From a virus (Duplodnaviria; Heunggongvirae; Uroviricota; Caudoviricetes): a stretch of 34,820 bases of DNA. The stretch is from positions 66,619-101,438 of the IMG/VR virus record IMGVR_UViG_3300037751_000382. One strand, given 5' to 3'. Below are positions 18,236-26,987 of the stretch, piece by piece. Both the position numbers and the translations under genes were made by a program. The notes beneath the pieces are model-generated. The model saw nothing but the letters and a program-made list of their open reading frames with translations, was not told where the DNA came from and searched no databases. Every line of letters begins with the position of its first letter. Position 1 is the first letter of the stretch.

Positions 18236-18357
18236 GGCTGCTACGTAAGTGTAGATATCCCAAGCGGTTTAACAGCATCTTGCGAGCACCCCCATAGCCT
18301 ATAGCATATCGGCGCTCACACTCGCCACGGAGGGTGGCGTCATCGATTCGTAACATC
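18236..18357 (-). promoter_or_regulatory. CRISPR leader / candidate tracr- or scout-RNA region
   Basis: 122-nt gap between effector stop and first repeat; CGCCAC/GTGGCG hairpin; 9/10 anti-repeat at 18325-18334. Confidence 0.65.
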
Positions 18358-19731
18358 TTACGTCTCCATGTATTGTAGAATTTGCGAGAGGTTCCCAGCA
18401 TTTCCAAGACACCTAACCTCTCGAAGCCAGTCAACAATTGATTCTAGTTTAAACCATTCACCCATTACACGGCAATGAGCAAATTGTGCGTGGTATTGTT
18501 TCTCAATTTTTCTTAAATTACTTTTTGCAGTTTTATGGGTCGCCAAGACAATGAGTTCTTGACCACCTGCATTTTCAAGTGTTTTTTTCCTCGTGCCTTT
18601 TTTATCCCCTGTCATCCCAATTTTAACTTTCCCGTCAAATTTACCGTTGTTTACCGAAGCTAGAAAATAAACATGGGGTTCATCTAACTCTGCGGGGTGT
18701 ATGTCGTTTGTGATTTCACAGAACGAAAGTCCAACATTCTCACACTTATTTTTTAAAGTTTCACAGAATTTATAATACGGAAACTGTGTCCCAAAATAAC
18801 TCTTAATTGTTCCATCATATTCTAGTGAAGCTACTTTTCGTCGCCTTGCATAGTCTACAATGTGTGCAACTGTTTCTTGAATGAACGAGTTTACCCGGTC
18901 ACAGTATTTCTTTGATACTTTGTTTTGAATTTTAATCAACTGTTGCCGAGTGTGGCCACTTTTACGATCCTGTCGTAATCGTTGTTGCTTACGGTTCCGC
19001 TCATTTTGCCAACTTCGTACGTGGTCAGCGTTCACAGTGAATGGGGTATCAGCATCTGTTTTCATTGCAACTATAAACGATTCTCTGGCTATTCTGACTG
19101 TAAGACAACCGTCCTTAATACAATTATCTTCAGACGGTTCCAATTTACAAGCTAACCCTAACATAGGTATTTCTTTACCCCCTACCTTTTGTAACCAAAT
19201 CTTAGAGTCTCCTACACTGACCGCCTTCTTAATGGTGTTTAGTGGTAGTCGATAATTACTTCCACCTCTCAACTGTACCTTATATTTTTTGCCTGTCAAC
19301 AAAGAAAAATTAGCAATTAAATTACCATCATCGTCCGTTTCAATATTAAGATTGCGTGTAGACTTATTACTAAGCAACGGAACCGAGCAATTTCGCTGAG
19401 TAGGTAGCGAACATCTTCCATTTAATATGTCCCATCTCTTTGAGACATAGACTTTCCAAGCGTTACGCGCTAATGCTGCCTGAACACTCGCACACCCTTT
19501 AAATTGACCAGCTAATACTGGATAGGGGTATATTTTCCCTTGTTTTGGTATAGGTTCACCGCGTGAAACTTTTTCATAAGCATCCTTATCTTGTGATAAA
19601 CACTCCGCTAAACATCGATTTGTAGCAGCTACACATTTTTTAATATCTTGTCGCAGGTCAACATAGAATTCCTTGGGTGTTCCACCCTCAAGTATTTTTG
19701 CGACGGGAATTTTAATGGTTCGTGTAAACAT
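18358..19731 (-). CDS. Cas12f/TnpB-like RNA-guided protein with degenerate RuvC fused to a C-terminal T5orf172/GIY-YIG nuclease domain
   Basis: N-terminal TRTIKI, SLPT, helix RVNSFIQETVAHIVDYARRRKVASLEYD, FPYYKFCETLKNKCENVG; C-terminal VYFL..KVKIGMT..R..IEKQYH..GEWF; adjacent array; ATG 19731 has a GAGGA RBS (track start GTG 19737). Confidence 0.8.
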   Translation of the reverse strand: MFTRTIKIPVAKILEGGTPKEFYVDLRQDIKKCVAATNRCLAECLSQDKDAYEKVSRGEPIPKQGKIYPYPVLAGQFKGCASVQAALARNAWKVYVSKRWDILNGRCSLPTQRNCSVPLLSNKSTRNLNIETDDDGNLIANFSLLTGKKYKVQLRGGSNYRLPLNTIKKAVSVGDSKIWLQKVGGKEIPMLGLACKLEPSEDNCIKDGCLTVRIARESFIVAMKTDADTPFTVNADHVRSWQNERNRKQQRLRQDRKSGHTRQQLIKIQNKVSKKYCDRVNSFIQETVAHIVDYARRRKVASLEYDGTIKSYFGTQFPYYKFCETLKNKCENVGLSFCEITNDIHPAELDEPHVYFLASVNNGKFDGKVKIGMTGDKKGTRKKTLENAGGQELIVLATHKTAKSNLRKIEKQYHAQFAHCRVMGEWFKLESIVDWLREVRCLGNAGNLSQILQYMET

Positions 19732-20060
19732 AATCACATTTCCTCACTGTAAAATCTTTCTAGTCCTTCACGTGCTTCACAAGCACTATGTTTATTAGGA
19801 TAGGGACCGCAGGGATCGTCTTCATCGGGCAGCTCAATCCAGTACTCCCTATCTATCTTTACAATTTTAAGTTTCATTTCTTTTCCTTCTTAAGGGGTAT
19901 TTTAATAGGCAACAAATCACCTAAGGCTTCACGTATCTTAGCAAATGTTTTCAAAGCTAACGAGTGACCAGTGACTTCCTGCCAAGTTCTTTCGATTTCA
20001 CAGGTACAGAAATCCACAAAATCATCTCTATCATGTTTACTCATTTTCATTTCCTTTCAG

Positions 20061-20135
20061 TTGGAAGGGTGGGATTTGAACCCACGACCATCGCCTTATA
20101 AGAGCGCGGCACCCACCAAGCTGTGCTACCTTCCA
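20061..20135 (-). tRNA. tRNA-Ile(UAU)
   Basis: TGGAAGG/CCTTCCA acceptor; CGCT-CTTATAA-GGCG; GTGGG-TTCAAAT-CCCAC. Confidence 0.8.
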
Positions 20136-20207
20136 GTAGTATATTTTCCTCGAGTAAGTTTTATTTCTTTCACACCATAAATTTCTTTTTCAAATGTTTA
20201 GAGCCGA

Positions 20208-20245
20208 AGCGCTTAGCGCTTAGCGCTTAGCGCTTAGCGCTTAGC
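20208..20245. repeat. 7-bp tandem repeat (AGCGCTT)x5
   Basis: Direct reading; related AGCGCT units at 20690-20737 and 34729-34748. Confidence 0.9.
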
Positions 20246-20274
20246 TCCAAAAATTCACCTGTTAAATTAATTCC

Positions 20275-20547
20275 TCACCACTCATAGTCATTAAATTGTT
20301 CATTTACAAACTTTTCGGAACTCAATTTCTTCATTTCTTCTTTGTCACATCTCCCGAAATATGTATCAGCGTCCTTTTGCCAATTCTTTGTACTGATTCC
20401 TGTTGGAAGATAATATCCTAATACACCTTGCATTTCTTCCATTTGCGACTTGTTCAAAGGCACATCACTATAATGGTTCCAGCAATTAATCACTGCCATT
20501 GAACATTCTTTAATAATATCATTTCGAGTTCGTTTGACCTTGCACAT
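20275..20547 (-). CDS. hypothetical protein, paralog of 29452-29661
   Basis: IIKECSMAVINCWNHYSDVPL vs IILECATAVAACWNYYSDIPL; TTGACA-16-TACAAT promoter upstream. Confidence 0.75.
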   Translation of the reverse strand: MCKVKRTRNDIIKECSMAVINCWNHYSDVPLNKSQMEEMQGVLGYYLPTGISTKNWQKDADTYFGRCDKEEMKKLSSEKFVNEQFNDYEW

Positions 20548-20802
20548 TTAGTTATCCTTTCTAAGTAAATTGTAACATGGATTTGGTTACTGTCAAATTA
20601 AAATTTTATATAGAAAGTTTTATCTGAAAATCTCACTTTAAAATTTTTACGAGAAAATTTTTAAGTTCCACGCTCAGCTCGGCCACTATTAATATTAGCG
20701 CTAATATTAGCGCTAATATAAGCGCTAATAGCGCTAATATATACACATTAATTAATGACCAAAACCGCACTAACGAGGAGGTCACCGGACTATCGGACCC
20801 TA

Positions 20803-21020
20803 ATATCTCTATATCTCTATATCTCTATATCCCTATATCTCTGTATCTCTATATCTCTATATCTCTATATCCCTATATCTCTATATCTCTATATCTCTAT
20901 ATCTCTATATCTCTATATCTCTATATCTCTATATCTCTATATCTCTATATCTCTATGTATCTTTATCTATGTGTATCTTTATCTATGTGTATCTTTATCT
21001 ATATGTCTCTGTATCTATAT
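20803..21020. repeat. (ATCTCT)n microsatellite, degenerating rightwards
   Basis: Direct reading. Confidence 0.95.
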
Positions 21021-21035
21021 GTGTCACCTTACCAC

Positions 21036-21341
21036 TTGGCCACCTGACCACCCTGGACAGCTACCAGTCACCTGGCCGATGTCCTAACCACCCTGGACAG
21101 CTACCAGTCACCTGGCCGATGTCCTGGTCACCTGGCCGATGTCCTGGCCACCCTGGACAGCTACAGTCACCTGGCCACCCTGGACAGCTACCAGTCACCT
21201 GGCCACCCTGGACAGCTACCAGTCACCTGGCCGATGTCCTGGCCATCTGGCCGATGTCCTGGCCACCCTGGACAGCTACCAGTCACCTGGACACCCTGGA
21301 CAGCTACCAGTCACCTGGCCGATGTCCTGGCCACCCTGGAC
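21036..21341. repeat. complex tandem repeat of CCACCCTGGACAGCTACCAGTCACCTGG and CCGATGTCCTGG modules
   Basis: Direct reading. Confidence 0.92.
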
Positions 21342-21602
21342 GGTCGCCTTAAGGACAATTATCTATGTCACCAAACTATAGTGAATAGCAAACCTTGTGC
21401 CAACTACAAGAGAGCAAATATCGTGCCAACCCATAAGTCATTGTATCACTTGACTTTCTTTTGTCAAAATAAAATATTTTCATTATCCCATTCGGACAGC
21501 TACCAGTAAAGAAGATAAGTTAATATAAATATCTGATTTTATCAAGTTAAAGATAACTTGATAAAAATATCTGAGTTTAAAAATTTATTTTCCTCGCTTT
21601 TC

Positions 21603-21630
21603 TTGACATCTAATAATCACAAAATATAAT
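21603..21630 (+). promoter_or_regulatory. sigma70-like promoter starting the rightward block
   Basis: TTGACA-16-TATAAT. Confidence 0.7.
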
Positions 21631-21691
21631 TGAGTGTAGGTAAAATGTGTTTTTTACCTTTTCCGGTTACCTTGTAAATAAGGAAATTTGT

Positions 21692-21940
21692 ATGTGCGAC
21701 GACACGTTGACGGTCTTTGGTTTTGAATTCGATGAGGGCCAAGAATTGTCCCCCGAAGCTTGTTGCGTTTTAAACCAATTGAACAAAAAGAATGCGGCAT
21801 ACATTCAACTGGATAGTGGCCAAAATGATTTTGTTGACGAATTGAAAGCTTTGGGAAACGTATACGGTTATTGGGAAACGATCATGGAAAAGCATTTTGT
21901 GGTATTTATTTGTCTTGAGGATTTTAAGCTAGACCTGTAG
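21692..21940 (+). CDS. hypothetical acidic protein
   Basis: ATG after AAGGA. Confidence 0.65.
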   Translation: MCDDTLTVFGFEFDEGQELSPEACCVLNQLNKKNAAYIQLDSGQNDFVDELKALGNVYGYWETIMEKHFVVFICLEDFKLDL

Positions 21941-21946
21941 TAATTG

Positions 21947-21997
21947 ACCATTGGGTAACCTTTACCCCGCGCTGGTGACAGCGCGGTCAAAGCTTAC
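21947..21997 (+). repeat. dispersed hairpin element, copy 1 (identical 51 bp at 22643-22693)
   Basis: GGTAACCTTTACCCCGCGCT-loop-AGCGCGGTCAAAG; further copies at 27372, 29659, 30561 and 31310. Confidence 0.9.
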
Positions 21998-22011
21998 TTA
22001 ATAGGTAGCCG

Positions 22012-22370
22012 GGTCTTGGGTGACCTGTCTTGGGTGACCTGTCTTGGGTGACCTGTCTTGGGTGACCTGTCTTGGGCACGCGGGCCACCAGCCGGGTGAC
22101 CTGTCTTGGGTGACCTGTCTTGGGTGACCTGTCTTGGGTGACCAGCTATGCGACTTATAAAGATAAATTGATAAAAATATCCAATTTTATCAAGTGATGG
22201 ATAAAGATAAATTGATAAAAATATCCGATTTTGTTAATTGGGCCACCAGCCAGGTGACCTGTCTTGGGTGACCTGTCTTGGGTACGCGGGCCACCAGCCG
22301 GGTGACCTGTCTTGGGTGACCAGCTACGCGACTTATAAAGATAAATTGATAAAAATATCCAATTTTAATC
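22012..22370. repeat. 14-bp tandem repeats (GGGTGACCTGTCTT) interleaved with AT-rich AAAGATAAATTGATAAAAATATCC units; block duplicated
   Basis: Direct reading. Confidence 0.9.
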
Positions 22371-22380
22371 CTTAAATAAT

Positions 22381-22408
22381 TTGACTTTCACTGGCCCTAT
22401 GGTATCAT
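22381..22408 (+). promoter_or_regulatory. sigma70-like promoter of the repeated early class
   Basis: TTGACT-16-TATCAT with extended TG; same class at 26126, 30064, 30646, 31625, 31955, 32264 and 33080. Confidence 0.75.
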
Positions 22409-22453
22409 GGTGCTAGTGCATTACACAATTCCATTTCCCCATAGGAGACATTT

Positions 22454-22654
22454 ATGTTCTCGACCACTGATAAATTCGGTTTTGATGGATATCTGAATTG
22501 TGACAACGGAGTATTTCGTTTGTACAATGTGTCTGTCACCTCACCCAATGTGACCGGAGAATTCAAAAAAGTAGATATTGACCTTAACACGGGTAAAATT
22601 ACCTTGACCACAGCCCAAGGGGATACTGATACTTTCCAACTAACCATTGGGTAA
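22454..22654 (+). CDS. hypothetical protein, probable paralog of 30344-30565
   Basis: AGGAG RBS; stop codon lies inside the hairpin element. Confidence 0.7.
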   Translation: MFSTTDKFGFDGYLNCDNGVFRLYNVSVTSPNVTGEFKKVDIDLNTGKITLTTAQGDTDTFQLTIG

Positions 22655-22717
22655 CCTTTACCCCGCGCTGGTGACAGCGCGGTCAAAGCTTACCTTGTTA
22701 TTAGTGGAGCAATTAAC

Positions 22718-23926
22718 ATGCCTATTCATTGTGTACACTGTTGCGACGACTTGCCAAGCACCCATGATCAAATTGTTGACGGGGCTTATGTTTGCGATAC
22801 TTGTTATAATGAGTGTTTTGAATGCGCTAATTGTGGTGCACTATTACACACAAGTGACATGGTTTGCAATGATGAAAATAATTTGTATTGTCCAGACTGT
22901 TATGATGAACGATTCACTAGGTGTGAAGAATGCAATTGTGAAATATCTAGTGATGAGGTATATACGTACAATGATAATCAGTATTGTGCGTCATGTTATA
23001 ATGACAATTATTGTCAGTGTGAAGGGTGCAGCGTAGTTTACCCCCTGGAAACAATGGTTCATAATCCTAACAATTGCAGCCAATGGTATTGTCCAGACTG
23101 CCACGAAAGTGATTGCTGGGACAGTGGCGATGACGTAATAGGCCACACTTTCACTGAATTAAGGTCAACCAGAAGATATGGAATTGAGTTAGAGTTTTCC
23201 CGATGCAATGATTACATGGAATTGCAAGAAAAAACATGTTATGGGGCAAAGAATGATGGCACAAGTGGTGTTGAAAAGGAGTTTGTTAGCCCAATTCTCC
23301 AGGGGGATGAAGGATTAAACATAACAAGGAAATTTTTGCATTATGCCGATGATAATGATTTTGAGGTCGACAAAACTTGTGGCTACCATTTACATATTGA
23401 TTGTACTAATCTAACGATACCACAGTTGCGTGCAATTGCAATGGCATACCAGTATACCTATAAGATATGGAAGTACTTTGTTCCTGAATCACGTAGGTGT
23501 AATTATTATTGTAGGGAATATACCTATAAGTCTAACGATATCCTTTCTATGGATTTTGACGATCTGATAGACCTACCAGAATCTAGGTACATTTGGGCTA
23601 ACTGGGAAGCTTATAAACGGCATCATACTTTGGAGATACGGCTGCACACCGGTAGCACAGATGAAACAAAAATAATCAATTGGGTAAAAGCGCACCTACG
23701 CTTTGTGGATTATGTTCTAGGTTACACTGCGCTGGAGTTACATAACTTGCTCCAAGATGCTGATAAAGACGAATTGTTTAAATTTATGGCTGATACTTGG
23801 AATGATGATGTATTGACTTCATTCTATTTCAAGCGTGCTAACAAATTTGGGGGAAGATTACATTATGAAAATATTAGTGATTCAGACGATTGTAGCGACA
23901 TTTTATGTTCATCACCTATCAACTAA
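22718..23926 (+). CDS. putative amidoligase (COOH-NH2 ligase) with N-terminal multi-CxxC zinc-ribbon repeats
   Basis: YGIELEF, EFVSPIL, TCGYHLHID, RY...N, TLEIRLH motifs. Confidence 0.88.
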   Translation: MPIHCVHCCDDLPSTHDQIVDGAYVCDTCYNECFECANCGALLHTSDMVCNDENNLYCPDCYDERFTRCEECNCEISSDEVYTYNDNQYCASCYNDNYCQCEGCSVVYPLETMVHNPNNCSQWYCPDCHESDCWDSGDDVIGHTFTELRSTRRYGIELEFSRCNDYMELQEKTCYGAKNDGTSGVEKEFVSPILQGDEGLNITRKFLHYADDNDFEVDKTCGYHLHIDCTNLTIPQLRAIAMAYQYTYKIWKYFVPESRRCNYYCREYTYKSNDILSMDFDDLIDLPESRYIWANWEAYKRHHTLEIRLHTGSTDETKIINWVKAHLRFVDYVLGYTALELHNLLQDADKDELFKFMADTWNDDVLTSFYFKRANKFGGRLHYENISDSDDCSDILCSSPIN

Positions 23927-24013
23927 TGAGCTAGTTGACTTGCAACTGGCTCTAAGTATGCTAGGCTTTTGTTACGGGTTTCCTATCCTTCACACTTATA
24001 TAAAGGGTTAACT

Positions 24014-24826
24014 ATGTGCGGCATATTCGGGGCAATCGGTAAAGGATGGAATAAGTCAATCGTCCGTGGACTAGCAATTGCCAATAGGGATAGGGGTACT
24101 GATTCCCTTGGGTTCGTTATTAGTGATTATAGGATGTGGAAGGAAGCCAATGATCCATTGAACTGTATGACTTATGACTCTTTTAATGATTACACCAAAC
24201 TGTGGGATAGCTCTTGGTTTGTGATTGGTCACACTAGAGCCGCAACTAGGGGAAATGTCACGAGAAAGAATGCACACCCCTTTCGACGTGGTAAGTGGGT
24301 AGGTGTCCACAACGGAATTATTTCAGCCCCCACTACATGCGAAGTAGACAGTATGCATCTATGGGAACAATTGAAACGATACAAAGGGGACTACCAAAAG
24401 GCCTGGGAAAACATTTGGGGCAATTGGGGGTTGGCATGGTATGATGGCAACCACGTTTATCTGCAAGCGCACGATCAATCCCTTGCCAGTGTAACTATTA
24501 GCGGGGTGACATACTTTAGCAGCGATCATCGGCACCTTAGTGCGGTCACTGGTGTAAACGAATGCTGGGATTATATTGAGGGGGAAACATGGAAGTATCT
24601 CAAAAACGGATCATGTGTGGAATGTCCCATTTTTGAGGAAAACTTGGAGGTATGCTGGGTTAACCGTAAAAATGATAATGTTAAATTTATCAATTCTCCT
24701 GATCACTTCAAACATGTTGAGAAAATGGATAATGAAAGAGCGTGGGATCATGAAGCTTGGGATGAATATGTAAGGGATTATGACAATAAGGAAAATCACA
24801 CTTATTACAGCGGTAGCGCTGATTAG
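24014..24826 (+). CDS. class II (Ntn) glutamine amidotransferase
   Basis: MCGIFG N-terminal nucleophile, RG.DS.G, GHTRAAT.G, NAHPF, HNG, VDS. Confidence 0.92.
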   Translation: MCGIFGAIGKGWNKSIVRGLAIANRDRGTDSLGFVISDYRMWKEANDPLNCMTYDSFNDYTKLWDSSWFVIGHTRAATRGNVTRKNAHPFRRGKWVGVHNGIISAPTTCEVDSMHLWEQLKRYKGDYQKAWENIWGNWGLAWYDGNHVYLQAHDQSLASVTISGVTYFSSDHRHLSAVTGVNECWDYIEGETWKYLKNGSCVECPIFEENLEVCWVNRKNDNVKFINSPDHFKHVEKMDNERAWDHEAWDEYVRDYDNKENHTYYSGSAD

Positions 24827-24835
24827 GAAATCACT

Positions 24836-25063
24836 ATGTCACCCAGCGGAATTAGGGACCACAGTACAGACTACTGGCAGATATATGGGATTCGTGCGCG
24901 GTTGACTGTGAATTGTCTACACAGTGCGATTGAGCACATAAGAGCATTAGCAGGTACAATGCAAGTCAATCATAAAATTACTATTGTGTCACCAAAAGGG
25001 AATGTGTGGATTATTCCAGCGAATATGGATATAGAGCGCAAAAATGCCAAAAAGGTTTCTTGA
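24836..25063 (+). CDS. hypothetical protein
   Basis: ORF with AGGA RBS. Confidence 0.5.
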   Translation: MSPSGIRDHSTDYWQIYGIRARLTVNCLHSAIEHIRALAGTMQVNHKITIVSPKGNVWIIPANMDIERKNAKKVS

Positions 25064-25121
25064 CAGTAGCTCTTTTACATAGTAGCATTGTAAAAACATC
25101 ACTTGTAAATGGGAATCTAAA

Positions 25122-26099
25122 ATGATCTGTCATTGTTGCTGCGAACAACTTGCTCCTGAAAATGAGCCAATCCTTTACGAGGGGAATTATTTATGCCACC
25201 ACTGCTGGGTTGCAATTACGGGTGTAACGTGTCGTGATTGTCAATGTGTAAGACGTGTTAATCAAATGGTCTATTTTAACGGTTTTCCCTATTGTATCAG
25301 GTGTGCTAAAAAACCCAACTGGAAAATGGGGAAAGACGTTATAGGCCACACTTTCAATGAAATAAGGTCAAAGCGTAGGTATGGTGTGGAATTGGAGGTG
25401 CATCAATGCACACAGCACTACCAATTGAAGGGGAAAACTTGCTTTGGTGCCAAGGATGATGGCACTAGGGGTGTTGCTAAAGAATTCGTTAGTCCTATTT
25501 TACAGGGGGATGAGGGATTAAGGGCCATTAGGGACCTATGCAATAATTCCAAAGGGTTCACAGTTAACCATACTTGCGGATATCACTTGCATATTGATTG
25601 CACCGATCTTACGGAAGATCAGTGTAAGTCGGTGGCCCTAGCCTATAATATGACATATGACGTTTGGGCTAGTTTTGTGAATCAAAAGCGTAGAGACAAT
25701 CGATACTGTAAAATGCATGAGTGGAGTTATTATGATATTCTCAATTATTCATGGAATAATTTACTTAACAATATTTACACTAGATACACTTGGGCGAATT
25801 GGGACGCCTATAAACTCCACCATACGCTTGAAATACGATTGCACCCCGGAACGCTGGATCAAGGTAAAATAATTAATTGGGTCAAAGCGCACTTGCGGTT
25901 TGTGGACTATTTTCTCAAGTTTACTCCACAACACACCTATGATATGCTTAATGACCTAAACAACGATCAATTGTTTGAGTTTATGTGTGACATTTGGAAC
26001 GATTCTAAGTTGAGTAAGTATTACAAGCGTAGGTCTAAGCATTATGGATTAGCCCAAAAGCCAGTGGCCCAAGAGTCATGGGTGAGTGGTGAGTGGTGA
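25122..26099 (+). CDS. second putative amidoligase with fewer zinc-ribbon repeats
   Basis: YGVELEV, EFVSPILQGDEGL, TCGYHLHID, TLEIRLH; close paralog of 22718. Confidence 0.88.
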   Translation: MICHCCCEQLAPENEPILYEGNYLCHHCWVAITGVTCRDCQCVRRVNQMVYFNGFPYCIRCAKKPNWKMGKDVIGHTFNEIRSKRRYGVELEVHQCTQHYQLKGKTCFGAKDDGTRGVAKEFVSPILQGDEGLRAIRDLCNNSKGFTVNHTCGYHLHIDCTDLTEDQCKSVALAYNMTYDVWASFVNQKRRDNRYCKMHEWSYYDILNYSWNNLLNNIYTRYTWANWDAYKLHHTLEIRLHPGTLDQGKIINWVKAHLRFVDYFLKFTPQHTYDMLNDLNNDQLFEFMCDIWNDSKLSKYYKRRSKHYGLAQKPVAQESWVSGEW

Positions 26100-26221
26100 G
26101 TGGTGAGTGGTTACCCAAAAATAATTTGACTTTCACCCGGCACCATGGTACAATAGAAATAACTGCCGAATCGATAAAAGTCACAGATGACCATTTCACC
26201 AAAGTGTTCAGCAGTAAAGGT

Positions 26222-26368
26222 ATGACCCAAATGGATAGAGTTTACGACATAGAAAAGAAAGGGTGGTATTTGGAACGCAGGGGAATGATAAGTCAAGTGT
26301 TCAAAACTCTGCGCGAGGCAATGTTAGCTTTGAAACAAAGTCAGATTATTTGGAAAGGGAAAAACTAA
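26222..26368 (+). CDS. small hypothetical protein
   Basis: ATG after AAAGG, downstream of promoter 26126-26154. Confidence 0.5.
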   Translation: MTQMDRVYDIEKKGWYLERRGMISQVFKTLREAMLALKQSQIIWKGKN

Positions 26369-26369
26369 A

Positions 26370-26600
26370 ATGCTCTACGGTCCAATTGACACGCTGACAA
26401 TTCTATCGGTGGTTCGCAATTCAGAAAGCCTATTGGAAGTCATTGAACGGTTGCGCCACCAGATAATGGATTACAAACGGAACTATAACGGGGGGTATAA
26501 TAGTGACCTGACGGAAAAACTGACGGAGTTAAGAGTTATTCTTGATAATTTAACTTTTCAAGCTAATAATTTAGCGGGCGAAGTGTATTTGGTTACGTAA
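26370..26600 (+). CDS. hypothetical helical protein
   Basis: ORF with RBS. Confidence 0.6.
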   Translation: MLYGPIDTLTILSVVRNSESLLEVIERLRHQIMDYKRNYNGGYNSDLTEKLTELRVILDNLTFQANNLAGEVYLVT

Positions 26601-26628
26601 GGTTTACTTTTACTATGAAAGAGGTTCT

Positions 26629-26844
26629 ATGAAGATTAAGAAAAGTGACGTTGGTAGGTATTGTAGGATTATTTGGGAAGATGTTGGTGCGGAGGATGGT
26701 ATCCTTATTGAGATTAACACTGGATACAAGAATTACAAGGTTTTTACTTCCAGAAGTGGAATTGTATGTGTTGATCGGGATATGATTTCTGAACTAGGTA
26801 TCTACGCCTACATGCAATCTTCCGGTCTGACCGGTTGCAAGTGA
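26629..26844 (+). CDS. hypothetical SH3-like protein
   Basis: GAGG RBS; DVGRYCRIIWEDVG. Confidence 0.65.
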   Translation: MKIKKSDVGRYCRIIWEDVGAEDGILIEINTGYKNYKVFTSRSGIVCVDRDMISELGIYAYMQSSGLTGCK

Positions 26845-26987
26845 AAGTGTAGGTCTTGGTGATTGATCGGAGCCAAATGAAACAATTCAGGTCTAGCTTA
26901 TAAATATATTATTAAATGATTTTAATGATGATGCGGTCTTGGGCGGTTGTGTAGACCGCCCTTTTTACTGCGCTGTATCTGTGTACC

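Noticed and set aside
17735..18437. ORFs 17735-17974, 17773-17964, 17988-18248 and 18210-18437
   Set aside because: They are translations of CRISPR repeats and leader (repeating VVIRFVLHSW), not genes.
18358..19737. Ordinary IS200/IS605 TnpB transposon gene
   Set aside because: No TnpA or element ends are evident, RuvC motifs are degenerate and truncated, and a true spacer-containing array is adjacent.
20755..21509. ORFs across the microsatellite and GC-rich repeats (also 26912-27178, 33024-33269, 33637-33909 and the N-terminal extensions of 26947 and 27433)
   Set aside because: Low-complexity translations of tandem repeats with no RBS support.
22718..26099. Amidoligase duplication as a diversity-generating retroelement TR/VR pair
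   Set aside because: Both copies are full ORFs, the differences are not adenine-specific, and no reverse transcriptase is present in the window.
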